Source of the DNA: Bacteroidia bacterium
GTDB taxonomy: Bacteria; Bacteroidota; Bacteroidia; B-17B0; Aurantibacillaceae
DNA length: 64,000 nt
Direction: 5' to 3'
Assembly (NCBI GenBank): GCA_014378485.1
Contig: JACMNO010000048.1
Span: forward strand, 943-64,942
Numbering within the stretch: position 1 is the first letter of the stretch; each line of letters begins with the position of its first letter. The notes below the pieces were generated by a model. It was not told where the DNA came from. It worked only from the letters and a program-made list of their open reading frames with translations, and made no database searches. Positions 50,201 to 58,002 of the stretch are shown one piece after another. A program made the position numbers and the translations under genes.

Positions 50201-51208
50201 CCTTTTAAAGCTGCCCCATAAGGTAGAATTGGGACCTACTGTATTTGCATTGACAGTATTCGTTGTTGATGTTCCATAACCGCCTTTTCCGCCGCCGCTT
50301 GATGTAATAGAGGATCTGGACGGATATTCCAAATTGAAGTTAACACTAAAGGTTTGATTTGATATACCAAGTCCTTTATAATTCAAAATATTACCTCCAT
50401 TTCCTCCTCCTCCTCCTGCTGAATTATTAGCATCACCGCCACCACCGCCATTTGCGGGTGCACCTTTACATTGTTTTCCTAGAGAGTCAATCCCTAAGGC
50501 GTTATTCAATCGGTCACTTCCAATACCTTCACCTTTTTCAGCCCCGTCATTTGGATTTTTGGTTACAAAATTGCTATTTCCACTGCCTCCATTGCCAATT
50601 GCAATACCTCCTCTAAATCCTAATCCACTAGCTGAAATTACGCCATTTATGGTTGTATTTCCATCTACTTCCACTGCTAAAACACCACCAATGGTTCCGT
50701 TCCAGGCATCTGTTGTGAGGGTCCCAGCGCTTGTTACAGTTAATGAAGAATATCTTGGAATACGAACAACCTGGGTTTTACCTGAACTACTATAAGCATA
50801 TTTTAACCCACAAGTTAATTCAATTTGAGTACCGGAGATAATAGATTTTACCTCTGCGAATTCGTAATTACCAGCTGCAGCATAATCATATACTTTTCCA
50901 TAAGTGCTATCAGGTATCCATGCTGTTGGGTATGTTCCTAAATTCATTAAGGCCCCTTGCATTTGAATAACCATCACTAAATCACCGGGAGTTAATGTCG
51001 AAGTAAATCGTGTATTCGTATTTAAAGCACTCGCTGCAACCGTAAGGGTCCTGTCGTTAATAGCAGCAGGAGAAGTTAAAGCCGTAAATTCATTTACTTT
51101 TACATTGGTAACGGAAACTGTTTTAGCAGCATCCTTTCCTTTTTGAGCGAATATTCCGTTTAATAAACCAAGACATAAAATGCTGGCTAATAGTCTGTTT
51201 AGTACCAT
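44231..51208 (-). CDS. Giant repetitive cell-surface protein: Gly-rich head, ~20+ Ig-like modules, PKD domains, T9SS type B (CHU_C) CTD
   Basis: 2325 aa with a signal peptide and an N-terminal ~520 aa carrying poly-Gly tracts. About 70-aa modules of the form (P.)..V....TIC.G....L.ASGA..Y.W.....T...SV.P...T.YTV.G....C follow, then PKD-like W..GDG modules. The C-terminus is IPNVFTPNGDGSNELF......CSIYDRWGLKMY....YWDG......SGTYFYII. Confidence 0.9.
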   Translation of the reverse strand: MVLNRLLASILCLGLLNGIFAQKGKDAAKTVSVTNVKVNEFTALTSPAAINDRTLTVAASALNTNTRFTSTLTPGDLVMVIQMQGALMNLGTYPTAWIPDSTYGKVYDYAAAGNYEFAEVKSIISGTQIELTCGLKYAYSSSGKTQVVRIPRYSSLTVTSAGTLTTDAWNGTIGGVLAVEVDGNTTINGVISASGLGFRGGIAIGNGGSGNSNFVTKNPNDGAEKGEGIGSDRLNNALGIDSLGKQCKGAPANGGGGGDANNSAGGGGGNGGNILNYKGLGISNQTFSVNFNLEYPSRSSITSSGGGKGGYGTSTTNTVNANTVGPNSTLWGSFKRPWHGGFGGRPLDYSTGKLFMGGGGGAGHMSVGQSNGANACSGGAGGGLIYILNYGTISGTGSVSSDGANGNNAFGTANFTNPTQGIDGAGGAGAGGTIILQSSGAISSIIANANGGNGGNQLKSGTTNSEGQGPGGGGGGGYIASTNIGFTQNVNGGANGTTNATAFDTEFPMNGATSGDVGTNNQVITPSFSLSASPNQTICTNQSTNLTATSTNTTSTIQWYNSLSGNAISSGTVYTTPTYTATGTYTVYAGSCPGIYRVPILINVITGPTFSINSPTICQGQTTILTVTTSATSYTWNTTGSPTTSTLSVSPSSTTIYTINGSSSSCVGTKTTQVTVNNLPTVTVPNATICAGTSTVLTASGSATSFTWMPGSITTSTISANSNTTYTITGSNGTCTNSAISTVTVIALPVVSVPNATICSGTSTVLTASGTATSFTWMPGSITTSTISANSNTIYTITGSNGTCTNSTTASVTVVALPTISVPSATICSGTSTVLTASGTSTSFTWMPGSITTSTISSNSNTTYTITGSNGACTNSTTATVTVVALPAVSVPSATICAGTSTVLTASGTATSFTWMPGNITTSTISANSNATYTITGSNGTCSNSTTANVTITPTPTLTANSATICAGQVATFTVSGATSYTWNPGGITGTTFTISPASSGTVSVTGMNGNCSSQITRSVTVTPNPTVAVSNQTICPTQTITLTASGTTTYSWNTGPTTNTISVSPSSTTIYTVTGTSALCSNTQTVSVTVSSQPTVAVANTSICSGNSTTLTASGATNYTWMPGGQLTSTVSVNPGSNTIYTITGSNGACTNSTTASVSVTPTPTLTANSATICAGQVATFTVSGATSYTWNPGGITGTTFTISPASSGTVAVIGANGSCSSQITRSVTVSPSPTIAISNQTICPSQTVTLTASGATTYTWSTGPNTNTISVSPASQTVYTVSGSLGSCSSSKTVTVSIAATPTLAVANATLCSGSSTTLTASGATSYTWLPGSQTTTSISVNPTSTAAYTVTGSNGICTNSAVATVSVTNTPTLTANSATICPGQTATLTVSGAASYTWTPGNTSGTSYTISPSSNTTVSVTGANGSCTASATVSVTIGSGISISVNNPTICAGQTVSLTAGGATSYTWDTGANTNTLNVSPALTTTYTILGTSGACSGSNTAVVTVVSVPSVTVANASICSGSTATLSASGATNYTWMPSGQTTSGITDNPSTTTIYTITGSNGICSNTTTATVSVTATPTLMVNSTTICPSQTATLIVSGATSYNWNPGGVIGNTYTISPAGNTVVTVDGANGTCTSQTTASVTIGTGISITVNSPTICAGQTANLTASGAASYTWDTGANTNTLNVTPASTQIYTVSGVSGSCSGINTATVSVINQPTLSVTNASICAGNSTTLTVSGALNYTWSPGGATTSSISVNPSSTSIYTITGSDGTCSASTTATVNVTSTPNLTANSVTTCAGQTATLTVSGAISYTWNPGSIAGSTYTINPLTNTFVTVVGANGSCTAQATPSVIIGTGISISVNSPTICAGQTASLTANGATSYTWDTGANTNTLNVSPVSITVYTITGSNGSCNGFNTATVTVNSAPTLSVTSSNICSGQSATLNATGANTYTWSSGSNSNPLIVSPGTTAFYTVSGTNSSGCINTSLTTTSVNVTATPTISVNSPTICAGQSATLTAIGAGSFSWTTFETTPSINTSPVNTTTYSVLGSNGICSSSSTSTVTVSQSPTLTVNALNTLGCAPLCTNFLDITSASCSTILYNYGDGTTGNTNNPVHCFANSGNYTVTATCTNTLGCSSTYTVPGTIQVNLTPSADFTIQEGIMVVVGTTVHFNNTSANAIIYNWNLCDGSTSSSQNINMTYQDTGNCCVTLLASNSSCTNSATKCITIVREATITIPNVFTPNGDGSNELFKITSTGIKSLNCSIYDRWGLKMYEWDGLNGYWDGNAKNGGAPSGTYFYIINYTDQLGTSTTEKGFLNLFRD
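45058..49625. repeat. In-frame tandem coding repeats of the giant surface protein (period ~210 bp, nested in a ~640-bp three-module super-repeat)
   Basis: The protein-level periodicity is read directly from the translation. DNA-level similarity is visible, for example 47521-47730 versus 48150-48360, and there are four near-identical units in 48385-49172. Confidence 0.85.
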
Positions 51209-51264
51209 TTAATAATCAATAAAATGAGTACCAAATATATGAAATTTAGGGCTAAAACCCGAAT

Positions 51265-52518
51265 CTACTTAAATTCTCCAAAAAGTATAGTTGTGTACTC
51301 AGAAAAATTCCATTTCTCGGTATTATAAAGACATGTGTCATAGCTAAACATTAATTTAATGTTTAATAAACTACATAAAATTAAACATACTAAAAATAAT
51401 GAAGGCACTTTTTTTTCACTCCAAAAAATTGGAATAAATAACAAAACAGCAATGTCATTTAATGTCCGGTGGCCAAAGCCGCATCCTAGTGATAAACTCC
51501 ACCAAGAAGCATAAATTAAGATATAAGAAATAAAAAGAAAGATACTCAAACTACAGTATTTGTTTTTATTTTTTATCCAATAAAAGATAAAGTAAATAAG
51601 TATAGGATAATAAATTAATAAACCGTTATTGGCGCTAAATAATAGTTCAATAATTCTACTGAAAGAAGGGAATAAGAAGGGTTCATTTTGATAAGAATTC
51701 GTTAAATAACTTCCAAAAGCATATTTATAATAAGCTAACTGGGGGTATAACAATAAGAAGCTGAATAAAATCAGGATGAAAACAGATTTAAAATTCACCG
51801 TGGAAATATGAAAAAGCTGTTTTTTCTCATACATAAAAAACAAAAGCGCAGGAAGCAGGAATAATATATTTATCGGCCTGATAATGATATACAGTATGGA
51901 AATGAAGCAAATGAAAAGCAGGCGCCGTTTAAAATTGGTTTCGTTTATTTTGAATAGTAAAAAAACTAAAAAGGAAAGGCATGAAAAGGAGTAAATATGA
52001 GACATGCCTGTTTCAAAAATTCCATAATAAAAAATGCCAGTACTTAAAATAATACCGGTAGATATGACAACAGATTGAAGCCTTGAGTTAAACATTCTTA
52101 TTGTGAAGAATAGAAAAAATAAACCCACCGTTAAATAAAAACTTCCCGCTATATCAATCGAATTTTGATAAAAGAAAGAATAGCCCGTTTTTTCGGTACT
52201 TATGATGTGAGCCAATAGCCAGAATGGAGATTGCAAAAGAGAAACACCATAAGGATATTTTGTAATTATTTTTCCTGTTAAAGAATCTAATTTAAATCCA
52301 TCCCCTGTCTTTGAATCCAAATCTTTTGGAAAAAGGTGAGCATTAAAATCATAAATAAAAAGTGAAGGTAAATACACATTATACCCTGCTTTATCAGCCC
52401 AAAGCTCAGAATGATACGTATTTGGCTCGGAGTGAGAATGCCTGTTCAATGATATAAAAGCAAACAAACCAAACACCAATAAAAAAGCAAATGTTATTTT
52501 TATTTTAGAAGTAAACAT
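51265..52518 (-). CDS. Polytopic membrane protein, possibly a GT-C-type glycosyltransferase-like protein
   Basis: 417 aa with more than 10 hydrophobic helices and an N-terminal loop containing ELWADKAGYNVY. The general architecture resembles ArnT/PMT-like enzymes, but I cannot confirm a motif. Confidence 0.4.
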   Translation of the reverse strand: MFTSKIKITFAFLLVFGLFAFISLNRHSHSEPNTYHSELWADKAGYNVYLPSLFIYDFNAHLFPKDLDSKTGDGFKLDSLTGKIITKYPYGVSLLQSPFWLLAHIISTEKTGYSFFYQNSIDIAGSFYLTVGLFFLFFTIRMFNSRLQSVVISTGIILSTGIFYYGIFETGMSHIYSFSCLSFLVFLLFKINETNFKRRLLFICFISILYIIIRPINILFLLPALLFFMYEKKQLFHISTVNFKSVFILILFSFLLLYPQLAYYKYAFGSYLTNSYQNEPFLFPSFSRIIELLFSANNGLLIYYPILIYFIFYWIKNKNKYCSLSIFLFISYILIYASWWSLSLGCGFGHRTLNDIAVLLFIPIFWSEKKVPSLFLVCLILCSLLNIKLMFSYDTCLYNTEKWNFSEYTTILFGEFK

Positions 52519-52542
52519 ATAGTTGCTTAAATATATGCAATA

Positions 52543-53478
52543 TTAAAATTTATTTCTCCAAATTAATATTAGAACTCCTATCAATGATATGAAACATGCC
52601 AGAACAGCCTGAAGAGTTATTTTTTCTTTGTAAACGATTAGGCTGATTGGTAAAACAAATAAAGGTAACAAGGCAAAAATGGTTTGCGCTACTGCTACTT
52701 CCAGTTTTTGTATGGCAAACAAAGAAAGGGTAACACCCATGACAGGGCCTAACAAGGTGCCAAGAAACATATAAGGTAAATTATTTTTTTCGTTAGTAAG
52801 AACAGGTTTACTGTTAGAAATTAGTTTTCCTGCAAGAAGTGAAACAATAAAAGCGGCTAAGAATGCAAACAATAACCTGATCCAAACAGCATGCATGGTT
52901 GGCAATTTTTCTGAATAATAATCCATGCCATACTTTGACAGAACCAAACCTACTCCCTGGCAAAGAGCTCCAATAATGCCGAACAAAATTCCTTTTTTAT
53001 CCCTTGTATATCCGACTTTTAAAGCAGCGCTGGAATCTTTTTTTGAAAGTGTTAACCAGATTACTCCTGCAATAGTAATACTAATACCCAGTATTCCAGT
53101 AAGGTTTACAGTTTCACCCAATGCGATGTAACCAACAATTAAAGCCGCGCCCGGAGCAAATGTGGTATAAAGGCTTCCTAATTTAGGGCCAAGAAGTTTA
53201 AAAGATGTAAAACTGCAATAGTCTCCGATGGAAAAACCAATTACACCTGATAGGCCCAAAAATAAAAAATGATATGGCTGAGGTGTTGTGAATAATTGAA
53301 AAAAAGTAAGTCCGTTCCAGAAAAATAAAATGATGGAAATGATTATCCAGGCTAATAATAAACGGTATTGATTTAATGGTGCCGAACCAATTCGTTTAGC
53401 AGCTTCAGTAAATGGGAAAATTCCTAAGCTCCAGCATAAGGTGGTAAGGATCGCAATGACCTCTCCGCTTAAATTCAC
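52543..53478 (-). CDS. EamA/DMT family transporter
   Basis: 311 aa with 10 TM helices in two EamA-like halves. Confidence 0.8.
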   Translation of the reverse strand: MNLSGEVIAILTTLCWSLGIFPFTEAAKRIGSAPLNQYRLLLAWIIISIILFFWNGLTFFQLFTTPQPYHFLFLGLSGVIGFSIGDYCSFTSFKLLGPKLGSLYTTFAPGAALIVGYIALGETVNLTGILGISITIAGVIWLTLSKKDSSAALKVGYTRDKKGILFGIIGALCQGVGLVLSKYGMDYYSEKLPTMHAVWIRLLFAFLAAFIVSLLAGKLISNSKPVLTNEKNNLPYMFLGTLLGPVMGVTLSLFAIQKLEVAVAQTIFALLPLFVLPISLIVYKEKITLQAVLACFISLIGVLILIWRNKF

Positions 53479-53885
53479 TCTTTACTTTTTTTGAGGGCGG
53501 TTAAGGCAATAAATATCCAACCTGCAATAAAGAACAGACCTCCAATTGGCGTGATGGGCCCTAATGCTTTAAGCCATTCAGCTCCCAATAAATTCCTTGT
53601 GCATAAAAAATAGAGAGAACCGGAGAAAAATACGATGCCGATTATAAAACTATTATAGGCCCAGATAATGTATTTATGGGAATTGTATTTTGAAAATAAA
53701 AATAAAGCCAGCATGGCTAATACGTGATACATCTGGTATTTAACAGCGGTATCAAAACCGTTCAACTGATCAGTAGTAATTAAACCGGTGGAAAGTTTTC
53801 CTTTTAAGAAATGTGCACCCAATGCGCCCAGAGCAACTGCAATTGCTCCAAGCAAGCCAATCACCATTAATTTTTTGTCTTTCAT
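53475..53885 (-). CDS. DUF423 (YgdD-like) small membrane protein
   Basis: 136 aa with four TM helices. GAIAVALGALGAHFLK is typical of DUF423. It overlaps the downstream EamA-family transporter gene (52543-53478) by 4 nt. Confidence 0.7.
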   Translation of the reverse strand: MKDKKLMVIGLLGAIAVALGALGAHFLKGKLSTGLITTDQLNGFDTAVKYQMYHVLAMLALFLFSKYNSHKYIIWAYNSFIIGIVFFSGSLYFLCTRNLLGAEWLKALGPITPIGGLFFIAGWIFIALTALKKSKE

Positions 53886-53887
53886 GC

Positions 53888-54985
53888 TTAATGAGAAATA
53901 TAATTTAAAAAATCATCCTTAGCATCTTTAAATTGAAATTCATCTGCTAATGAAGCGGCATTTTCTTTATCAGTTAATATGTTATAGGCATATTTCATAA
54001 ATTCAATTTTTTCCCTGTCATGAGTAATTAATTCGCTTATTTTTTTTATTTGGATACTGGAGAGACAAACATCTGCCAGCAATTTTTTTGAGAGTTTTAA
54101 TTTTTCATTTTCGTAAGCCGTTGTTTTGATGCTATTAAACAGAGTATTGAATTTAACGTCAGTGGCAGGCTCCTTGCATTGAAGACTTTTTTGTTTGATA
54201 ATGTTTTCTTCTTCTTTTAAAAATGTTGTAAAATTTTCCTTCATGACCGGGTACCTGAACATCGTCATTAAAATGGAAATATTTTCTTTATCAGTTACAT
54301 GCCTGTACGCGCGCCTTGAAGCATTTAAGCGATCCATGTCTATTTTTACCTGTTCAATCAACTCTTTGATTTGTAAAGATGTATAGCAGTTATTGTCAAT
54401 GATTTGAATTAAATATCTGTGTTTCGCTTCATCATCATTGGCTTTATTGAAAAGGTTGAGCGCATATTTTATTTCCTTGTCAGTCAAAACGGTTTTGCAG
54501 GAATCAGCTTCCTTAACATAGTTATTAAAAAACACCGGTTTATTTTTAACGGCCTGGTATAAATGCCCATAGATGCTGTTATCTACTAATGGAATCACTT
54601 CTTTGGGTGCTTCCGGAACAGGGGGCACTTCAGGGCCAGAATGTTCAGAAACCGATTTAAATTTTAAATTTAGCTTACCTTCTTTTTCTGTTAAGACATA
54701 AGTAAATTCTTTATTTAAAAATTTGGAATTACAACTTAATAAAATAGAGTCGTGGTAAAGAAGCTCTTTAATGTCCCCGGGCATTTTTATTTCAATTAAA
54801 TTCCAACCTGTTGCAAGGTCAAAAACTTTAACATTTGACTGAAGAGTATTGTTTACAGGGTTGTTATTAACAAATAAATAAAACGGTTGGCCGGCGCCAG
54901 TAAACACAACCAATGAATTTGTTTGAGACTGAACAGAAAGCCAACAAAAAAGTAAATATAATAAGGCTTTAATCTTTAAGGGCAT
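53888..54985 (-). CDS. DUF4476-like repeat protein (secreted)
   Basis: 365 aa with a signal peptide. Three repeats of the pattern C.T..Q...L......D..R......AY...TDKEN resemble DUF4476 as I recall it. Confidence 0.5.
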   Translation of the reverse strand: MPLKIKALLYLLFCWLSVQSQTNSLVVFTGAGQPFYLFVNNNPVNNTLQSNVKVFDLATGWNLIEIKMPGDIKELLYHDSILLSCNSKFLNKEFTYVLTEKEGKLNLKFKSVSEHSGPEVPPVPEAPKEVIPLVDNSIYGHLYQAVKNKPVFFNNYVKEADSCKTVLTDKEIKYALNLFNKANDDEAKHRYLIQIIDNNCYTSLQIKELIEQVKIDMDRLNASRRAYRHVTDKENISILMTMFRYPVMKENFTTFLKEEENIIKQKSLQCKEPATDVKFNTLFNSIKTTAYENEKLKLSKKLLADVCLSSIQIKKISELITHDREKIEFMKYAYNILTDKENAASLADEFQFKDAKDDFLNYISH

Positions 54986-55014
54986 ATTATCTGTTTAGGT
55001 AACAAATTTAAGGT

Positions 55015-55022
55015 TATTTTTG
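55015..55022 (+). promoter_or_regulatory. Candidate -7 promoter box (TAnnTTTG)
   Basis: TATTTTTG lies 16 nt upstream of the ATG at 55038. Confidence 0.35.
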
Positions 55023-55037
55023 TGCAGAATTTATATT

Positions 55038-56366
55038 ATGAGTAAAATATTAATAATAGGCGCAGGCCGCTCTTCATCCAGTTTGATTGATTATTTGTTG
55101 TCAAACGCAAAAATGTATAACTGGCATATTACTATTGCTGACGCAAACAAGTCAGTAGTTGAATCGAAAATCAGTGATCACAAAGACATCGCCAGTGCGG
55201 TTGAATTTGATGCAAATAATAACGATTTAAGAGAAAAACTGATCATCGGTGCCGATCTTGTTATTTCTATGCTCCCCGCTTTTATGCACGGAGATATCGC
55301 AAGAGATTGTGTTCGTTTAGGAAAGCATGTTGTAACGGCAAGTTATGTGAGCCAGGATATGAAAGACTTGGATGCTGAAGCCAAACAAAAAAAATTGTTG
55401 CTTTTAAATGAATGTGGTTTGGATCCGGGAATTGATCATGCATCTGCCATGAAAGTCATTCATGAAATCCAAAATAAAGGCGGTAAAATAACCAGTTTTA
55501 AATCATTTTGCGGAGGTTTGGTAGCACCAGAAAGTAATGACAATCCGTGGGGTTACAAATTCAGTTGGAATCCAAGAAATGTGATTTTAGCAGGGCAGGG
55601 TACAGCTCAGTTTATTGAAAATAATAAATTAAAATTCATTCCTTATAATCGTATTTATAAACAAACAGAAACCATTGAAATAAAAGGTTACGGCAAATTT
55701 GATGCGTATGCGAATCGCGATAGTATAAGTTATAAAGAACCTTACGGATTATCAGATGTTAGTACGATCTTACGTGGTACTCTGCGTATGCCCGGATATT
55801 GCAAAGCATGGAATGTATTTGTAAAATTAGGCTTAACGGATGATACCTATAAAATAAAAAATTCAGATACGTTAACCTATTCAGATTTGTTGGATTCCTT
55901 TTTACCGGAAGGAGAGGGCTCTGTAAAAGAGAAACTTATCAGGTTCATGGGATCTGATATTGATAGTGATGTCATCTCCAAATTGGAATATCTTGAATTA
56001 TTTTCAAACAGGCCAATAAGATTAAAAGAAGGCTCTCCGGCGGAACTCCTACAGAATCTGTTGGAAGAAAAATGGTTATTAAAACCGGGAGACAAAGACA
56101 TGATTGTGATGCAGCATCAGTTTGAATATGATTTGAATGGTGTTCATAAAAAATTAAACTCTTCTTTAGTTGTTATTGGTGATGATGAAGTGCACACTGC
56201 CATGGCAAAAACGGTTGGTTTACCAATGGCTATTTCTGTCAAAAATTTCTTGACAGGAAAATTTAAATTATACGGTGTTCAAATTCCAACGGTTAAAGAG
56301 ATCTATGAACCGATGCTTACTGAATTAGAATCTTTAGGTATTGTTTTTAGTGAAGCCGAAAGTTGA
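55038..56366 (+). CDS. Saccharopine dehydrogenase family oxidoreductase
   Basis: The start is moved to MSKILIIGAGRSS (Rossmann GxGxxS); the track start is TTG, 6 codons upstream. LNECGLDPGIDH is typical of saccharopine dehydrogenase/reductase. Confidence 0.85.
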   Translation: MSKILIIGAGRSSSSLIDYLLSNAKMYNWHITIADANKSVVESKISDHKDIASAVEFDANNNDLREKLIIGADLVISMLPAFMHGDIARDCVRLGKHVVTASYVSQDMKDLDAEAKQKKLLLLNECGLDPGIDHASAMKVIHEIQNKGGKITSFKSFCGGLVAPESNDNPWGYKFSWNPRNVILAGQGTAQFIENNKLKFIPYNRIYKQTETIEIKGYGKFDAYANRDSISYKEPYGLSDVSTILRGTLRMPGYCKAWNVFVKLGLTDDTYKIKNSDTLTYSDLLDSFLPEGEGSVKEKLIRFMGSDIDSDVISKLEYLELFSNRPIRLKEGSPAELLQNLLEEKWLLKPGDKDMIVMQHQFEYDLNGVHKKLNSSLVVIGDDEVHTAMAKTVGLPMAISVKNFLTGKFKLYGVQIPTVKEIYEPMLTELESLGIVFSEAES

Positions 56367-56440
56367 TTTTTTTATGTAAAATGCTCTTAAAATTCAGTAA
56401 ATTGATCAAAAAAATAAATTAAAAAATACTTTTATTTACC

Positions 56441-56448
56441 TAAATTTG
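56441..56448 (+). promoter_or_regulatory. Candidate -7 promoter box (TAnnTTTG)
   Basis: TAAATTTG lies 24 nt upstream of the ATG at 56472. Confidence 0.3.
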
Positions 56449-56471
56449 AAATAAATTTTAAAAAAATAAAT

Positions 56472-57392
56472 ATGATAAAAAAATTACTTTTTAATACGTT
56501 AATGTTTTCATCCTTCTTTATGGGGGCGCAATCTTTTACGGCAAGCTATAGCTTTGCTGCAACAACCACGGTGTCTGGCACTACAGACCCAACTCCACCA
56601 CCAATTGTTACCGGGTTAACCTGTGGTTCTTTTATGGCAGTTGGAACACCTTCAGCAAATCCAAATGCAGCAGGTCGTTTTTCGTTTATTGGTTGGCCTG
56701 CAGGTTCCGCTACAGGAACGGTTTCAACGGATATTTATGCAAATATGACCGGAAGTATTAATCCCAATGAATATTATGAAGTGGTATTGACTCCTCAGTC
56801 TGGTTATACAGTATCGTTAAACTCTATTGCCTTTACAGTGCAACGTTCTGGTGCAGGTATCAGAAGTTATGTTGTGAGAACGAGTGCAGATGGGTTTACT
56901 AATAATTTGCCTGCAGCAGTTTTAACTGGCACTAATTTATCAGTAGTAGGAACTAACGAATTCTTTTGGAATTACGATGCAGTTTCTACTGCACAAAATG
57001 GCAGTTCGATCGGTTTATTGGGCGCCTCAACTACATCTTCTGTCTCTTTCCGTTTTTATGCATGGAACAGCGAATCTTTAAGTGGCACATTTAGTATTGA
57101 TAATGTTGTGTTTAATGGATCAGTTGCAGGTACAGTTACAAACATTCAATCACTTCAAGCTAACTCCTTTAATCTGTATCCAAACCCAAGTACTGGTTAT
57201 TTCACCATTCAATCATCTGTTCTTCCTGCAGAATTAAATGTATTTGATATCAATGGAAAACAAGTGCTTTCTCAAACGATATCTACTTTAGAAACAATAG
57301 TTGATCTATCCGGAATAGAAAATGGTTTTTACCAGTTGAATATTAAAACGGAACAGAATTCGTTTAATCATAAGGTGATGATTAATAAGTAA
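56472..57392 (+). CDS. T9SS type A sorting domain-containing secreted protein
   Basis: 306 aa with a signal peptide. The C-terminus is FNLYPNPSTGYFTIQS...LNVFDINGKQV...NGFYQLNIKT. Confidence 0.8.
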   Translation: MIKKLLFNTLMFSSFFMGAQSFTASYSFAATTTVSGTTDPTPPPIVTGLTCGSFMAVGTPSANPNAAGRFSFIGWPAGSATGTVSTDIYANMTGSINPNEYYEVVLTPQSGYTVSLNSIAFTVQRSGAGIRSYVVRTSADGFTNNLPAAVLTGTNLSVVGTNEFFWNYDAVSTAQNGSSIGLLGASTTSSVSFRFYAWNSESLSGTFSIDNVVFNGSVAGTVTNIQSLQANSFNLYPNPSTGYFTIQSSVLPAELNVFDINGKQVLSQTISTLETIVDLSGIENGFYQLNIKTEQNSFNHKVMINK

Positions 57393-57412
57393 ACTAATTT
57401 CATAACAATTTT

Positions 57413-57449
57413 AAGAAGCTGTCTCAAAAGGACAGCTTCTTTCATTTTT
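57413..57449 (+). terminator. Rho-independent terminator
   Basis: AAGAAGCTGTCtcaaaagGACAGCTTCTTTCATTTTT is an 11-bp perfect stem with a T-rich tail, 20 nt after the stop. Confidence 0.8.
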
Positions 57450-57548
57450 CAGCACGACTCAGGTAATCGGGAAGCGAAATTGTTTATTCTTAAATATTAT
57501 TTAATACGTATATCATACGTTGGTAATGGTGCGGTTGGTTTGGCAGTC

Positions 57549-58001
57549 CGTCATTGCGATCCGCCAGTTGGCGGAGAAGCAATCTCATACTTATCAAAAT
57601 AATAATTAACTTTTGATTCATGTCAAAAAAACAATATGTTTATAGTAATGATAAGAGGTGGTGCTGTATATATTTTAACTAATCAAGCTCATACTACTTT
57701 ATATACAGGAGTTACCTCCAACATTGTTAGAAGATTATATGAACATAGAAACGGTGTATATAAAAAAAGTTTCACAAGTAAATATGCCCTAAATAAATTG
57801 GTTTATTATGAGGTGTTTTCAAGAATTGAAGATGCTATTGCCAGGGAAAAACAAATTAAAGCTGGAAGTCGTTATAAGAAAGAAAACCTAATAATTTCCA
57901 TTAACCCAAATTGGAATGATTTGTCGAATGATGTTGGAATAGAGTAAAACTGTGTATGAGATTGCTTCGTCTCACGCTAAGGCGTGATCCTCGCAATGAC
58001 G
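57549..58001. mobile_element. Putative mini-element: GIY-YIG nuclease gene bounded by ~42-48-nt imperfect inverted repeats
   Basis: The left end is CGTCATTGCGAtCCGCCAgtTGGCGGaGAAGCAATCTCATAC (57549-57590). The reverse complement of the right end (57954-58001) is CGTCATTGCGAggaTCACGCcttaGCGTGAgacGAAGCAATCTCATAC. The outer 11 nt and inner 15 nt are identical, and each end has a different internal hairpin. Confidence 0.6.
57636..57947 (+). CDS. GIY-YIG nuclease family protein (small stand-alone, UPF0213-like)
   Basis: 103 aa. AVYILTN....LYTGVTSNIVRRLYEHRNG...FTSKY....LVYYE.F....DAIAREKQIK is the GIY...YIG/R/E core. The start may be the second Met (MIRGG). Confidence 0.88.
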   Translation: MFIVMIRGGAVYILTNQAHTTLYTGVTSNIVRRLYEHRNGVYKKSFTSKYALNKLVYYEVFSRIEDAIAREKQIKAGSRYKKENLIISINPNWNDLSNDVGIE

Positions 58002-58002
58002 A

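Noticed and set aside
45291-50795. Plus-strand ORFs inside the giant gene (45291-45659, 46392-46598, 46599-46805, 48612-49034, 49761-50042 with a poly-Pro run, 50559-50795) and short same-strand out-of-frame ORFs
   Set aside because: These are antisense or out-of-frame shadows of a long repetitive Thr/Ser/Gly-rich gene. Their periodic composition mirrors the sense-strand repeats, and they have no independent start context.
44231-51208. Highly regular ~210-bp tandem repeats that could superficially suggest a CRISPR-like or satellite array
   Set aside because: The whole tract is a single uninterrupted 2325-codon reading frame. The repeats are in-frame Ig-like protein modules, the period is far longer than CRISPR repeat-spacer units, and no cas genes are present.
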